From Candidatus Kuenenia stuttgartensis (GTDB lineage Bacteria; Pseudomonadota; Alphaproteobacteria; SMXS01): DNA of 64,000 nucleotides. The DNA is taken from the NCBI GenBank assembly GCA_943329845.2, contig CALQFM020000014.1:1509-65508 (forward strand). Reading direction: 5' to 3'. The translations under genes and the position numbers were made by a program. The notes below the pieces were generated by a model that was given only the letters and a program-made list of their open reading frames with translations, ran no database searches and had not been told where the DNA came from. Shown here piece after piece: positions 41,032-54,225 of the stretch; the stretch's first letter is position 1; each line of letters opens with the position of its first letter.

Positions 41032-42179
41032 CCTGCCGTCTTGCGTGCCGCTGCCGCCAGCACTACGTATCCCACCACCGCCGACGCCAGCGACCCGATG
41101 ATGATGCCCAGCCGGGCCAGCTCCAGGTGCTCGGGCGCGGTGAAGGCCAGGCCGCCGATGAACAGGCTCATGGTGAAGCCGATGCCGCACAGCACGCTGG
41201 CGCCGTAGAGCACGGCCGGGGTGCCGCCGGTGGGCATGGCGGCCCAGCCCAGCCGGATCGCCAGCAGGCTGGCCGCGAAGATGCCGAGCTGCTTGCCGAC
41301 GAACAGGCCGAGCGCGATGCCCAGCGGCACCGGCAGCAGCAGGTCGGCGGGCGGCAGGTCGAGGATGTAGACCCCCGCGTTGGCGAAGGCGAACACCGGC
41401 AGGATCAGATAGGTCACCCAGGGATGCAGCGCATGCTCCAGCCGGCGCAGCGGACTGGTGCCGTCGCGGTCCCGGACCGGGATGGCGAAGGCCAGCGCCA
41501 CGCCGGCCAGTGTCGCGTGCACGCCGGACTTCAGCACCAGCAGCCATAGCACCACGCCGAGCACCAGGTAGGGGAGCAGGTTCGTCACCTTCAGCCGGTT
41601 GAGCAGGAACAGCACGGCAAGTACACCGAGCGCGCCCAGCAGTATCAGCGGCGCCAGATCGTCGGTATAGAACACGGCGATGATGACGATGGCGCCCAGG
41701 TCGTCGACGATGGCGAGCGTGGTGACGAACATTTTAACGGCGAGCGGGATGCGGCTGCCCAGCAGTGCCATGACGCCCAGCGTGAACGCGATGTCGGTGG
41801 CGGTCGGGATCGCCCAGCCGCGCAGCGCCGCCGCGTCGCCCCAGTTCACGGCGGCGTAGATCAGGCCGGGCACCGCCATGCCGCCGATGGCGGCGATGCC
41901 GGGCAGCATCACCTGACGCATGTCGGCCAGCGCGCCCTCGGCCCGCTCGCGCTTCAGCTCCAGCCCGATCAGCAGGAAGAACACCGCCATCAGCCCGTCA
42001 TTGATCCAGTGGATCACCGACTCGTCGAGCCATGGCCCGATGCCGACATGGCTTTCCAGCACAGCATTGTAGCCGCCCGCCAGCGGCGAGTTGGCGACCA
42101 CCATGGCCAGCACGGCCGCCGCCACCAGCAGCATGCCGGCGGTGGCCTCTAGGCGGAAAAATTTGAGCAGGAAGTCCAG
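41028..42179 (-). CDS. nhaA: Na+/H+ antiporter NhaA (start uncertain; CTG at 42179 or upstream TTG)
   Basis: WINDGLMAVFF, PTATDIAF, AIVDD and LCGIGFTMSLFI motifs. Confidence 0.94.
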
Positions 42180-42204
42180 TTGGGTCTCTCCGTCGCGGGC
42201 AATT

Positions 42205-42235
42205 CCTAACCCTCTCCCAGAGGGAAAGGGAGGGG
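42205..42235. repeat. Degenerate CCCTCTCCC...GGGAGAGGG-type intergenic palindrome
   Basis: CCTAACCCTCTCCCAGAGGGAAAGGGAGGGG resembles a common alphaproteobacterial REP-like family (from recall). Confidence 0.4.
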
Positions 42236-42246
42236 AAGCCAAAACG

Positions 42247-42271
42247 AAAACGGGAGGCCGAAGCCTCCCGT
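42247..42271 (-). terminator. acnA terminator
   Basis: Minus strand ACGGGAGGC-TTCG-GCCTCCCG-TTTT. Confidence 0.8.
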
Positions 42272-42296
42272 CGCGGCGTGGTCTGCCGGGAAAGGC

Positions 42297-44987
<2,691 letters not shown>

Positions 44988-45131
44988 GTCACGATGCTCC
45001 TGATTGAGTTGTTTCCGGCTGATCCTGCCGGTTTTGCCCCAATTACCCCCGGTTGCCAACCGCAAAGTTGGACGGGCGGCGGCCAACGGCGCTAAGGTCC
45101 TGCGCGAGATCAGCGGAGCCACGACCCACGC

Positions 45132-45776
45132 ATGCCAAATGCCGGTATCATCGGCCTCACCGTCGACAACCTCACCTGCCGGCGCGGCGAACATGAGGTT
45201 TTCGCAGGGCTGTCGTGCAGCGTTCATCCCGGCGACGTGCTGTATCTGCGCGGACCGAACGGCGCGGGGAAGTCGAGTCTGCTGCGAATCCTCGCCGGCT
45301 TCATCGCGCCGGCGGCCGGCGCCGTAGGCTGGGATGGCGAGGACGTCGCCGTCGATCCGCTCGCCCATCGCTCGCGGCTGCACTATGTGGGCCACCTGGA
45401 CACGCTGAAGCCGGTGCTGACTGCCGCCGAGAACCTGTCGACCCAGGCCGCCATGCTGGAAGAGCAGGCAGACGTGGATACCGCGCTCCGGCGGTTCGGC
45501 CTCGGCAATCTGCGCGACCTGCCGGCGCGGTTCCTGTCGGCGGGCCAGCGGCGCCGGCTCGCGCTCGCCCGGCTGGCGGCGGTGCCGCGTCCGCTCTGGC
45601 TGCTCGACGAGCCCACGGTGGCACTCGACGCGGGGTCGGTGGAACGGCTCGAAACCCTGATCGCCGAACACCGCGCCACCGGCGGCATGGCGGTGATCGC
45701 CACCCACACGGACATGAACCTTCCCGGCGCCTACACGCTCGAGCTGGAAGGCCGGCAGCGGGTGGCGGCGCCATGA
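45132..45776 (+). CDS. ccmA: Heme ABC exporter ATP-binding protein CcmA
   Basis: [21 protein letters not shown] and WLLDEP motifs. Confidence 0.93.
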   Translation: MPNAGIIGLTVDNLTCRRGEHEVFAGLSCSVHPGDVLYLRGPNGAGKSSLLRILAGFIAPAAGAVGWDGEDVAVDPLAHRSRLHYVGHLDTLKPVLTAAENLSTQAAMLEEQADVDTALRRFGLGNLRDLPARFLSAGQRRRLALARLAAVPRPLWLLDEPTVALDAGSVERLETLIAEHRATGGMAVIATHTDMNLPGAYTLELEGRQRVAAP

Positions 45777-46429
45777 GCCCGTTCCTCGCCGTCGTCCGCC
45801 GTGACCTGCTGATCGCCCGCCGCCAGGGTGGCGGCTCGCTGCTCGCCGTGGCGTTCTTCGTGGTCGTGGCCGCGCTGTTCCCGTTCGCCGTCGGCGCCGA
45901 TCCGATCTCGCTGCGCCAGGTGGCGCCGGGCGTGATCTGGGTGTCGGCGCTGCTCGCCACGCTGCTGTCGCTCGACCGGCTGTTCCAGGCGGATTTCGAG
46001 GACGGCAGCCTCGATGTCCTCGCCCTCTCGCCGCAGCCGCTGTTCTTCACCGTGCTGGCCAAGGTGCTGGCCCACTGGCTGGTGGTCGGCCTGCCGCTGG
46101 TGATCGCGTCGCCGCTGGTCGGCGTGCTGCTCAACCTGCCGGTCGAGGCGTTCCCGGTGCTGGTCGCCGCGACCCTGATCGGCACACCGGCGCTCAGCCT
46201 CGTCGGCGCCATCGGCGCGGCGCTGACCGCGGGCATCAGGCGCGGCGGCGTGCTGGTGCCGCTGCTGGTGCTGCCGCTCTACATCCCGACCCTGATCTTC
46301 GGCGTGGCGGCAACCGCCGACCCGGCCCACGCCGCCGAGCCGCTGATGCTCCTGGGCGCGGTCAGCCTGGTTTCACTGGTGCTGGCACCTCTTGCCTCGG
46401 CGGCTGCGCTGCGGTTGGCGTTGGAATAA
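45773..46429 (+). CDS. ccmB: Heme exporter permease CcmB
   Basis: [19 protein letters not shown] and [10 protein letters not shown] motifs. Confidence 0.94.
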   Translation: MSPFLAVVRRDLLIARRQGGGSLLAVAFFVVVAALFPFAVGADPISLRQVAPGVIWVSALLATLLSLDRLFQADFEDGSLDVLALSPQPLFFTVLAKVLAHWLVVGLPLVIASPLVGVLLNLPVEAFPVLVAATLIGTPALSLVGAIGAALTAGIRRGGVLVPLLVLPLYIPTLIFGVAATADPAHAAEPLMLLGAVSLVSLVLAPLASAAALRLALE

Positions 46430-46674
46430 CCACCAACATCTTCATCTCCGCATACAGGGACACTGCAGGAACTGAGGCGGAAATGTCTGTTCCCCGCCCT
46501 CAGGTAACTATCCGGAGGGGATTAATTTGAAGCCGGTCGAAGACGTCTGTTTTCAACACAATCGCCCCTCGTCGGCCATGGTGCATCCGACCAATCTCGG
46601 ACATTCACCCAGTGGTAGTCTGCGGGCCGGGTGACCTGATGTTCGCTGCCCAAGCGACTGTGCGGGGTCCAACG

Positions 46675-46700
46675 AAAAGGCCCCGGCTTAGCCGGGGCCT
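46675..46700 (-). terminator. Terminator of SH3-domain gene
   Basis: Minus strand AGGCCCCGGC-TAA-GCCGGGGCC-TTTT. Confidence 0.75.
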
Positions 46701-46721
46701 CACGCTGTCACTCAATGCTGA

Positions 46722-47267
46722 TTATCGGTCTGAATTATCCCAATCACGCTGTCCGCCGTTCCGCGGATCCCCACTGCGAGGGTCGCCGCTGCGAGGATCA
46801 CCGCCACCGGGTTGTCCGCCACGGGGGTCTACACTGCGCCGGTCGTTATCATCGCTACCAGAACCGTCCTGGTCATGCTGCTCCCAGCGGTCGCGCTGGC
46901 GATAGAACTGCTGGCCACGGTAGTTCTTGTCCCAATACGTATCAAAGTTGAACTGAAACTGCGGAACACCCCAAGGTGCTCCGTACTCGACCCGCCGGCC
47001 ATCTCTCTGGGCCTGGATGTCCCGGCCTTGAACCCAGCCCCTGCCGCGCCGGGTGGTGACATCACACCAGGACCAGTTGCGCAGGCAGCCATTGATTTCG
47101 AGCGGCGAGTCATACCGGACGGTGGCGACGGTCGGATAGTCCTCGTCAGGGCCGGCCTTTATTTCCAACCGTGGCGTAGCATATCCCGGCATTGCGCTGG
47201 CCGGGGCGGCTACCATGACGGAAGCGCCAAGAACGACGGCAGCGGCAGCAAGTGTCTTCTTCAGCAT
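46722..47267 (-). CDS. Secreted SH3-domain (YraI-like) protein with low-complexity GDPRS tail
   Basis: Signal peptide, AGPDEDYP and GCLRNWSWCDV...GWV motifs. Confidence 0.8.
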   Translation of the reverse strand: MLKKTLAAAAVVLGASVMVAAPASAMPGYATPRLEIKAGPDEDYPTVATVRYDSPLEINGCLRNWSWCDVTTRRGRGWVQGRDIQAQRDGRRVEYGAPWGVPQFQFNFDTYWDKNYRGQQFYRQRDRWEQHDQDGSGSDDNDRRSVDPRGGQPGGGDPRSGDPRSGDPRNGGQRDWDNSDR

Positions 47268-47775
47268 CTTAGGCTCCAGTACTTGATTGACTCTGAACTC
47301 AAAGAATTTGTTCCGCCTCAGTCCAGGTTAGAGATAGGAACGACTTGCTTGGGCGCATGTTGCGCGCCACCATAAAAATTACTAAAGGATTGTATTTTAT
47401 CATGCTTGTCTGGGATCTCGGATCAGACAAACCCTGCAAGAAGACGACCTAGTCGTCGTCGCCGTCACATCCACTGCCTTCATATTGCGTGCCCAACGCC
47501 AACAGAGCAGGCCCGCGCAGCCGTCTCGGGATCGCAAACATGCTTGTCTCCTTCGTGGCGGGATCATCCCAGTCAACTCGGACTATCTGCCTGCCGTCGT
47601 GAACCGCCGGTTAACGGGTCCGCGTCTCTGCAAACGAGCCTGTCGAATTGTGCCTGCCGCAAAACTCAAGCGGGAAAGACGGAAGCAGGATGCGGCAGCG
47701 CCCTCGTTCCACTCGTAGCCAACATTCCGCGACCGCCGCTTGCGCCGGATACACGGGACCGCTACATCACTGCGC

Positions 47776-48507
47776 ATGTCCGGCTGGCATCGCTTCGCGA
47801 ACCCCACGCGCTTCTCCCGCCTCAGCGCCAGGATCCTTCCCTGGGCGCTGGCGCTGACTATCGTGCTGTTCGCGGCGGGACTCTACCTGGCGCTGGTCGG
47901 CTCGCCGCCCGACGCGCGGCAGAAGGATACCGTCCGCATCATGTACATCCATGTGCCCGCCGCCTGGATGGCGCTCAGCACCTATGTGCTGATGGCGATC
48001 TTCAGCGGCATGGGGTTCATCTGGAAGCACCCGCTGGCCGACATCGCGGCGAAGAACTGCGCGCCCGTCGGCGCCGGCTTCACCCTGCTGGCGCTGATCA
48101 CCGGCGCGCTGTGGGGCGCACCCATGTGGGGCACCTGGTGGGAATGGGGCGACGCGCGGCTGACCTCGTTCCTGATCCTGTTCTTCCTCTATCTGGGCTA
48201 CATCGCGCTGTGGCAGGTGTTCGAGGACCCGGAAAAGGCGGCGCGGGCGGCGGCGATCCTGGCGCTGGTGGGCCTGATCAACATCCCGGTCATCCATTTC
48301 TCGGTGCAGTGGTGGAACACCCTGCACCAGCCGGCCAGCGTGTTCCGGCGCGGCGGCCCGACCATCGATCCGGCCATGCTGTGGCCGCTGTTCATCATGC
48401 TGGCCGCCTTCGAGGCCTATTTCGTCTCGGTGCTGCTGCTGCGCATCCGCGCCGAGGTGGCCGAGTGGCGGGTGCGGGCGCTGCAGATGATGCAGGCCGA
48501 GGCTTGA
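47776..48507 (+). CDS. ccmC: Heme exporter CcmC
   Basis: YIHVP, WGAPMWGTWW-W and SVQWWNTLHQ motifs. Confidence 0.95.
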   Translation: MSGWHRFANPTRFSRLSARILPWALALTIVLFAAGLYLALVGSPPDARQKDTVRIMYIHVPAAWMALSTYVLMAIFSGMGFIWKHPLADIAAKNCAPVGAGFTLLALITGALWGAPMWGTWWEWGDARLTSFLILFFLYLGYIALWQVFEDPEKAARAAAILALVGLINIPVIHFSVQWWNTLHQPASVFRRGGPTIDPAMLWPLFIMLAAFEAYFVSVLLLRIRAEVAEWRVRALQMMQAEA

Positions 48508-48509
48508 GC

Positions 48510-48677
48510 ATGCACTGGGAATACGCCTCCTATATCTGGTCGGCCTACGCGGCGGCGGCGGTAATCCTGCCGGCGGTGGCGGTCGTCAGCATCGTGCGGC
48601 TGCGCCGGGCGCTGCGCTTGCAGGCGGCGCTGGAGGCGCAGGTCGACAACCTGCGCGGCGGTGCCGATGAAGCGTAA
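48510..48677 (+). CDS. ccmD: Heme exporter protein CcmD
   Basis: Short single-TM ORF YIWSAY between ccmC and ccmE. Confidence 0.85.
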   Translation: MHWEYASYIWSAYAAAAVILPAVAVVSIVRLRRALRLQAALEAQVDNLRGGADEA

Positions 48678-49122
48678 GACCCAGCGCATGATCTTCGTCG
48701 GCGCCGGCCTCGCCATCCTGGCGATCGCGGGCGCGCTGGCGTTCTTCGCCATGGGCGACAATGTGCGGTTCTTCTACAGCCCGGGAGACCTGCGCAAGAT
48801 GACCTCGCCGCCTGACGTATCGTTCCATCTCGGCGGTCTGGTGAAGCCCGGCAGCGTCCACAAGGACAACGAGATGGTGATGCGCTTCGTCCTCACCGAC
48901 GGGGCGTCCGATGTGCCGGTGGTCTTCGACCAGACCGCGCACGGCCTGGTGCCCGACCTGTTCGCCGAAGGGCAGGGCGCGGTGGCCGAGGGCAGGATGG
49001 GCGCCGACGGCACCTTCGTCGCCACGCGGGTGCTCGCCAAGCACGACGAGAAATACATGCCGCCCGAGGTGGCCGATGCGCTCAAGCGCTCGGGCGAATG
49101 GCAGCGGGGCGCGCCCCAATGA
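48667..49122 (+). CDS. ccmE: Heme chaperone CcmE
   Basis: FFYSP, PDLFAEGQG and VLAKHDEKYMP motifs. Confidence 0.95.
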   Translation: MKRKTQRMIFVGAGLAILAIAGALAFFAMGDNVRFFYSPGDLRKMTSPPDVSFHLGGLVKPGSVHKDNEMVMRFVLTDGASDVPVVFDQTAHGLVPDLFAEGQGAVAEGRMGADGTFVATRVLAKHDEKYMPPEVADALKRSGEWQRGAPQ

Positions 49123-51089
49123 TCGTCGAGCTTGGTCATTTCGCGCTGATCCTGGCGCTGGTGGCCGCGCTGGTGCAGGGCACGGTGCCGCTGATCGGCG
49201 CGCAGCGGGGCTACGCGGCCCTGATCGCCGTCGCGCGGCCCGCCGCATTCCTGCAACTCGCACTGGTGGCGCTGTCGTTCGCGGCGCTGACCTGGGCCTA
49301 TGTGGTGTCCGACTTCTCGGTGGCGAACGTGGCGCTCAATTCCCACACCGACAAGCCGATGCTCTACAAGATCAGCGGCGTGTGGGGAAACCACGAGGGA
49401 TCGATCCTGCTGTGGATCCTGATCCTGGCGCTGTTCGGCGCCGGTGTCGCGGCCTTCGGGCGCAACCTGCCCGCGGCGTTCCGCGCCCGCGTGCTCGCCA
49501 TCCAGGCGCTGATCGCTGTCGGTTTCCTCGCGTTTTCGCTGTTCACCTCGAACCCGTTCGCGCGGCTCGATCCGGCGCCGCTGAACGGCAACGGCCTCAA
49601 CCCGCTGCTGCAGGATCCGGGCCTGGCGTTCCATCCGCCCATGCTCTACCTGGGCTATGTGGGCTTCTCGATCGCCTTCTCCTTCGCCATCGCCGCGCTG
49701 ATCGAAGGCAGGGTCGATCCGGCCTGGGCGCGCTGGGTGCGGCCGTGGACGCTGGCGGCGTGGTCGTTCCTGACGGCAGGCATCGCGCTCGGCTCGTGGT
49801 GGGCCTATTACGAACTGGGCTGGGGCGGCTGGTGGTTCTGGGACCCGGTGGAGAACGCCTCGTTCATGCCGTGGCTCGCCGGCACCGCGCTGCTGCACAG
49901 CGCCATCGTCGTCGAGAAGCGCGACACGCTGAAAAGCTGGACCATCCTGCTCGCCATCCTGACCTTCTCGCTGAGCCTGTTGGGCACCTTCCTGGTGCGC
50001 TCGGGCGTGCTGACCTCGGTGCATTCCTTCGCCAGCGACCCGGCGCGCGGCGTGTTCATCCTGGGCTTCCTGATCCTGGTGGTCGGCGGCTCGCTGGCGC
50101 TTTACGCGGTGCGGGCGCCGTCCATGAAGCCGACCGGCATGTTCTCGCCGGTGTCGCGCGAGACCAGCCTGATCCTGAACAACCTGGTGCTGGCGGTTGC
50201 CGCCTTCGTGATCCTGTTCGGCACGCTCTATCCGCTGCTCGCCAAGGAAGCGGGCTACCAGGTGTCGGTGGCCGCGCCGTTCTTCAACATCGTGTTCCCG
50301 GCGCTGATGGCGCTGCTGATCCCGTTCATGGGCCTTGGCCCGCTGCTCGCCTGGAAGCGCGGCAATCTGCGCGAGTCGCTGAGGCGCCTGCGTCCGGCCC
50401 TGGTCCTGGCGGTAATCGCCGGTCTGGCGGTGGCGTTCGCCACGAAGGGGCCGTTCTGGGCCAGCATCGGCGTCGCCTACGGCGTCTGGATAACCATGTC
50501 GGTGCTGACCGAGCTGGCGGGCCGCATCGGTTTGTTCCGTTCGCCCGGCCAGGCGCTACGGCGTGCCGCCGGGCTGCCGCGCGGCGCCTGGGGCATGACC
50601 ATCGCCCATCTGGGCATCGCGGTGATGATCTTTGGCATCGCCGTCTCCAGCGCATGGCAGCGCGAGGAGATTACCGTCATCGAACCGGGCGACAGCGTGC
50701 GGGTGGGCGGCTACCGCTTCGTGCTCGACGCGGTCGGACCGGTGCGCGGGCCCAACTACGCGGCGATCCGGGGCACGTTCTCGGTGTACAAGGACGACAG
50801 GTTCGTCGTGCGGCTCTATCCGGAAACCCGCCGCTTCGCCGACCCGCCGCAGGAAACCACCGAGGCGGCGATCGATCCGCTGTTCACCGGCGACCTCTAT
50901 GCCGTCATCGGCCACGCCCAGAGCGACGGGCGCTGGGGCGTGCGGCTCTATCACAAGCCGCTGGTGTCGTGGATCTGGGCGGGCGCGTTGATCATGGTGC
51001 TGGGCGGCCTGGTGTCGCTGTCCGACAGACGCCTGAGGGTCGGCGCGCCGCGCGCGGCGAAGGTGCCTGCTGGAGTTCCCGCGGAATGA
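49119..51089 (+). CDS. ccmF: Heme lyase CcmF
   Basis: WGNHEGS, HPPMLY, WGGWWFWDPVENAS and SVHSFA motifs. Confidence 0.96.
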   Translation: MIVELGHFALILALVAALVQGTVPLIGAQRGYAALIAVARPAAFLQLALVALSFAALTWAYVVSDFSVANVALNSHTDKPMLYKISGVWGNHEGSILLWILILALFGAGVAAFGRNLPAAFRARVLAIQALIAVGFLAFSLFTSNPFARLDPAPLNGNGLNPLLQDPGLAFHPPMLYLGYVGFSIAFSFAIAALIEGRVDPAWARWVRPWTLAAWSFLTAGIALGSWWAYYELGWGGWWFWDPVENASFMPWLAGTALLHSAIVVEKRDTLKSWTILLAILTFSLSLLGTFLVRSGVLTSVHSFASDPARGVFILGFLILVVGGSLALYAVRAPSMKPTGMFSPVSRETSLILNNLVLAVAAFVILFGTLYPLLAKEAGYQVSVAAPFFNIVFPALMALLIPFMGLGPLLAWKRGNLRESLRRLRPALVLAVIAGLAVAFATKGPFWASIGVAYGVWITMSVLTELAGRIGLFRSPGQALRRAAGLPRGAWGMTIAHLGIAVMIFGIAVSSAWQREEITVIEPGDSVRVGGYRFVLDAVGPVRGPNYAAIRGTFSVYKDDRFVVRLYPETRRFADPPQETTEAAIDPLFTGDLYAVIGHAQSDGRWGVRLYHKPLVSWIWAGALIMVLGGLVSLSDRRLRVGAPRAAKVPAGVPAE

Positions 51090-51616
51090 AGCCGCAGCAC
51101 GTCCTGCCGCTGGCCATCTTCCTCACCATCGCGGTGGCGTTCGGCGTCGCCTTCTATCTGAACCTGGATCCCAAGGCGACGCCCTTCGCCATCGAGGGCA
51201 AGCCGGTGCCGGTGTTCGCCCTGCCGCCGGCTGTCGAGGGCGGCGAGGGGCTGTCGACGGCCGATCTGCAGGGCAAGGTCGCCATCGTCAACTTCCACGC
51301 CAGCTGGTGTGCGCCGTGCCGCGCCGAGCACCCCATCCTGATGCAGCTCGAAAAGCGCACCGGCGTGCCGGTCTACGGCATCGCCTGGAAGGACAAGCCG
51401 GCCGATCTGCGCGCCTGGCTGGCGGCGGACGGAAACCCGTTTTCCCGCGCCGGCTTCGACGGCAATGGCCGGGTCGGCATCGACTGGGGCATCTCCGGCG
51501 TCCCGGAGACGTTCATCGTCGACCGGTCGGGCAAGGTGGTCTGGCGTTTCCAGGGTGCGCTCAACGAGCCGATCGTCGCCAAATCGCTGATCCCGGTCCT
51601 GCAGGGGCTGAAATGA
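51086..51616 (+). CDS. ccmG: Thiol:disulfide interchange protein CcmG/DsbE
   Basis: WCAPC and GVPETF motifs. Confidence 0.92.
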   Translation: MKPQHVLPLAIFLTIAVAFGVAFYLNLDPKATPFAIEGKPVPVFALPPAVEGGEGLSTADLQGKVAIVNFHASWCAPCRAEHPILMQLEKRTGVPVYGIAWKDKPADLRAWLAADGNPFSRAGFDGNGRVGIDWGISGVPETFIVDRSGKVVWRFQGALNEPIVAKSLIPVLQGLK

Positions 51617-52071
51617 AGGCGCTCGCCGTCATCGCGCTGCTGCTGTGGGCCGGCCCGGCGCTGGCGGTGGGCGCCGACGAGACCATGCTGCCCGATCCGG
51701 CGCAGGAGGCGCGCGCCCGGGACATCATGGAGGACCTGCGCTGCCTGGTGTGCCAGAACCAGTCGATCACCGATTCCAACGCCGATCTGGCCCGCGACCT
51801 GCGCGAGATCGTCCGCGAACGGGTCGCGGCGGGCGAGACCGACGCGCAGGTGCACCAGTACATGGTTGACCGCTACGGCGACTGGATCCTGATGAAGCCG
51901 CCGTTCAACATCCGCACCGCGCTGTTGTGGCTGGCGCCCGCGCTCATGCTGGTGTTCGGTGGTTTCGGCGCCTGGGCGTTCATCCGCCGCCAGCGCCCGC
52001 CGGCGCAGCCAGAGGCGCTGGATGAAGGCGAGCAGGCCCGGCTGCGGGCGCTGCTCGACGAGGCGCCCTGA
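51613..52071 (+). CDS. ccmH: CcmH (CycL)
   Basis: LRCLVCQNQSI and RYGDWIL motifs. Confidence 0.93.
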   Translation: MKALAVIALLLWAGPALAVGADETMLPDPAQEARARDIMEDLRCLVCQNQSITDSNADLARDLREIVRERVAAGETDAQVHQYMVDRYGDWILMKPPFNIRTALLWLAPALMLVFGGFGAWAFIRRQRPPAQPEALDEGEQARLRALLDEAP

Positions 52072-53201
52072 TGATCTATGCCCTGTTCGCGCTGCTGGTG
52101 GTGGTGGCCGCTCTGATCCTCGCCGTACCCATGCTGCGCCGGCGCGTTCCGTCCGAGGACCGTTCCGCCCATGACGTGTCGATATACCGGGCACAGCTTG
52201 CCGAACTCGCCGCCGAGCGTGACGCCGGCGCCATCGGCATGGCCGAGGCCGAGGCGGCGCGGATCGAGGTGGAACGGCGCCTGCTGCGCGCCGCCGACCG
52301 TGCCGTGCCGGCGCCGCGTGCCCAACTCTCGTCGGCGGGCAGCATGGGCGCCGCGATCGCCGTCGCCGGTTTCGTCGCCGTGGCGGCGGCGCTGATCTAT
52401 CAGGCGCAGGGCAATCCCGGGCTGCCCGACAGGCCGGCCGTGCGCGAGGCCGACGTTCCCGCCGAGGAAGCGACTCCCGACGAGCTGGCGGTGCGCATGG
52501 CCGCCGCCATGCGCGCGCGCCCCAACGAGCTGCGTGGCTGGATCATGCAGGGGCAGCTCGCGACCTCGGTCGGCCGCTACGACCTGGCCGTCGAAGCCTA
52601 TGAGGGCGCCGCGCGGCTCGAGCCCGGCAAGGTCGAGCACTGGCTGTCGCTGGGCCTGGCGCGCGTCGCCCGCGACGCCGGCATGGTGAACCCCGACGCA
52701 AGGGACGCCTTCGGCAAGGCGCTGGTGCTCGACCCGAAGAACCCCATGGCGGGCTACTATCTGGGCCTCGCGGCCTTTCAGGACCACGACGATCGGGCGG
52801 CGTTCGACCGCTGGACTGCTCTCGCCGCCGAGATGCCGCCGGATGCGGAATATGCCGGACTGCTGGAGCGCGGGCTAAGGCGCGCCGCACACCGCATGGG
52901 TCTGCCCTCGCCCGAGTTCGCCGCCAGCCCGTCCACGCCCGGCCCGGACGCGGCGCAGGTCGAGGCCGCCCAGGACATGTCCGAGGGCGACCGCGGGGCC
53001 ATGATCGAGGGCATGGTCCAGCGCCTCGCCCACCGCTTGAAGCAGAATCCCGACGACCTCGACGGCTGGCTGCGTCTCGGCAAGGCTTATGCGGTGCTGG
53101 GCCGCAAGGGCGACGCCATCGGCGCGTACGAGCAGGCGCAGCGGATCGATCCGGCGAATGCGGCGGCGAAGGAGGCTCTGGCGGCGTTGAAGGGCGGCTG
53201 A
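52071..53201 (+). CDS. ccmI: CcmI (CycH) TPR protein
   Basis: N-terminal TM, YRAQLAEL, EVERRLL, TPR-like repeats and MIEGMVQRLA. Confidence 0.88.
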   Translation: MIYALFALLVVVAALILAVPMLRRRVPSEDRSAHDVSIYRAQLAELAAERDAGAIGMAEAEAARIEVERRLLRAADRAVPAPRAQLSSAGSMGAAIAVAGFVAVAAALIYQAQGNPGLPDRPAVREADVPAEEATPDELAVRMAAAMRARPNELRGWIMQGQLATSVGRYDLAVEAYEGAARLEPGKVEHWLSLGLARVARDAGMVNPDARDAFGKALVLDPKNPMAGYYLGLAAFQDHDDRAAFDRWTALAAEMPPDAEYAGLLERGLRRAAHRMGLPSPEFAASPSTPGPDAAQVEAAQDMSEGDRGAMIEGMVQRLAHRLKQNPDDLDGWLRLGKAYAVLGRKGDAIGAYEQAQRIDPANAAAKEALAALKGG

Positions 53202-53222
53202 GGCCGTGCCAGACTGCCAGCC

Positions 53223-53765
53223 ATGGCACATCATCCCGCACAACACGACAATTTCACCCGCCGCGTTCCCGATGGCGACAACCGGGAACGGTTCGTCTGC
53301 GACGACTGCGGCCTGATCCACTACGACAACCCCAAGATCGTCGTCGGCGCCGTGGTCACCTATGGCGACAAATTCCTGCTCTGCCGCCGCGCGATCCATC
53401 CGAGGAAAGGCTTCTGGACGCTGCCCGCCGGTTTCCTCGAGGAGCACGAATCCACCGAGGATGGGGCGCGGCGCGAGGCATACGAGGAAGCCAACGCCGA
53501 CATCGTCATCGAGCAGTTGCTGGCGGTCTACAATGTGCCGCGCATCAGCCAGGTTCAGCTGATCTACAAGGCGCACCTGACCGAACCGGTGTTCTCGCCC
53601 GGCACCGAGAGCCTCGACGTGGCGCTGTTCTCCTGGGACGAGATTCCGTGGGACGAGCTGGCGTTCCCCAGCGTGGTCTGGGGCCTCAACCAGTTCCGCG
53701 AGATCGACGGCAAGGGCGCGTTCAGCCCGTTCACCAACCCGGCGGGCGAGACGGTCAGCAGGTAG
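53223..53765 (+). CDS. NUDIX hydrolase with N-terminal zinc ribbon
   Basis: CDDC...YDNPK and PAGFLEEHESTEDGARREAYEEA Nudix box. Confidence 0.92.
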   Translation: MAHHPAQHDNFTRRVPDGDNRERFVCDDCGLIHYDNPKIVVGAVVTYGDKFLLCRRAIHPRKGFWTLPAGFLEEHESTEDGARREAYEEANADIVIEQLLAVYNVPRISQVQLIYKAHLTEPVFSPGTESLDVALFSWDEIPWDELAFPSVVWGLNQFREIDGKGAFSPFTNPAGETVSR

Positions 53766-53813
53766 TTGTATCCTGGTGGAAATTCTCCTATATTATGACC
53801 GTTAAATCGGTCA
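53766..53813 (+). promoter_or_regulatory. TA promoter and operator
   Basis: TTGTAT-N17-TATATT followed by the palindrome TGACCG-N6-CGGTCA (53796-53813). Confidence 0.6.
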
Positions 53814-53825
53814 AGGAATAGGACA

Positions 53826-54215
53826 ATGGTTCGCAAGGCACAGGCGCCTAAGGGCATGGCCGACGGCAATCAGGCATTCTATGATTCTGGCTTGGAAGTG
53901 CCGATCGATGCGGTGGCCGACATGTTCGCCATGTCCCGCGCTCAGCTGGCGCAAACCGTGGGCTTAAGCCCGGAAGTGCTGCAGAAGGCGCGGCTGCGCA
54001 CGGCGCGCAAGACCCAGGCGCGGCTGCGCGAAATGCTGGAGATCATCACCCGCGTCAGCGACTGGGCAGGCGGCCGGATGCAGGCCATGGCCTGGTACCG
54101 CGCCCAGCCGATCCCGGCGTTCGGCGGGCGCACTGCCGAATCACTGGTGAAAACCGGCAACGCCGCGGCGGTCCGCGACTATCTCGATCACCTGGCGCTC
54201 GGCGGATACGCGTGA
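53826..54215 (+). CDS. Xre/MbcA/ParS-type antitoxin
   Basis: HTH-like N-half; C-terminal AWYRAQPIPAFGGRTAESLV motif; upstream of the RES gene. Confidence 0.85.
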   Translation: MVRKAQAPKGMADGNQAFYDSGLEVPIDAVADMFAMSRAQLAQTVGLSPEVLQKARLRTARKTQARLREMLEIITRVSDWAGGRMQAMAWYRAQPIPAFGGRTAESLVKTGNAAAVRDYLDHLALGGYA

Positions 54216-54225
54216 GGTTTCAGGC

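Noticed and set aside
46747-46830. Short tandem repeats suggesting CRISPR or VNTR
   Set aside because: They are degenerate 15-bp coding repeats (GDPRS) with no spacers and no cas genes.
47337-47365. EcfG/SigT-type promoter GGAAC-N16-TGTT
   Set aside because: The -10 is imperfect, it faces away from the SH3 gene, and it is about 400 bp from ccmC.
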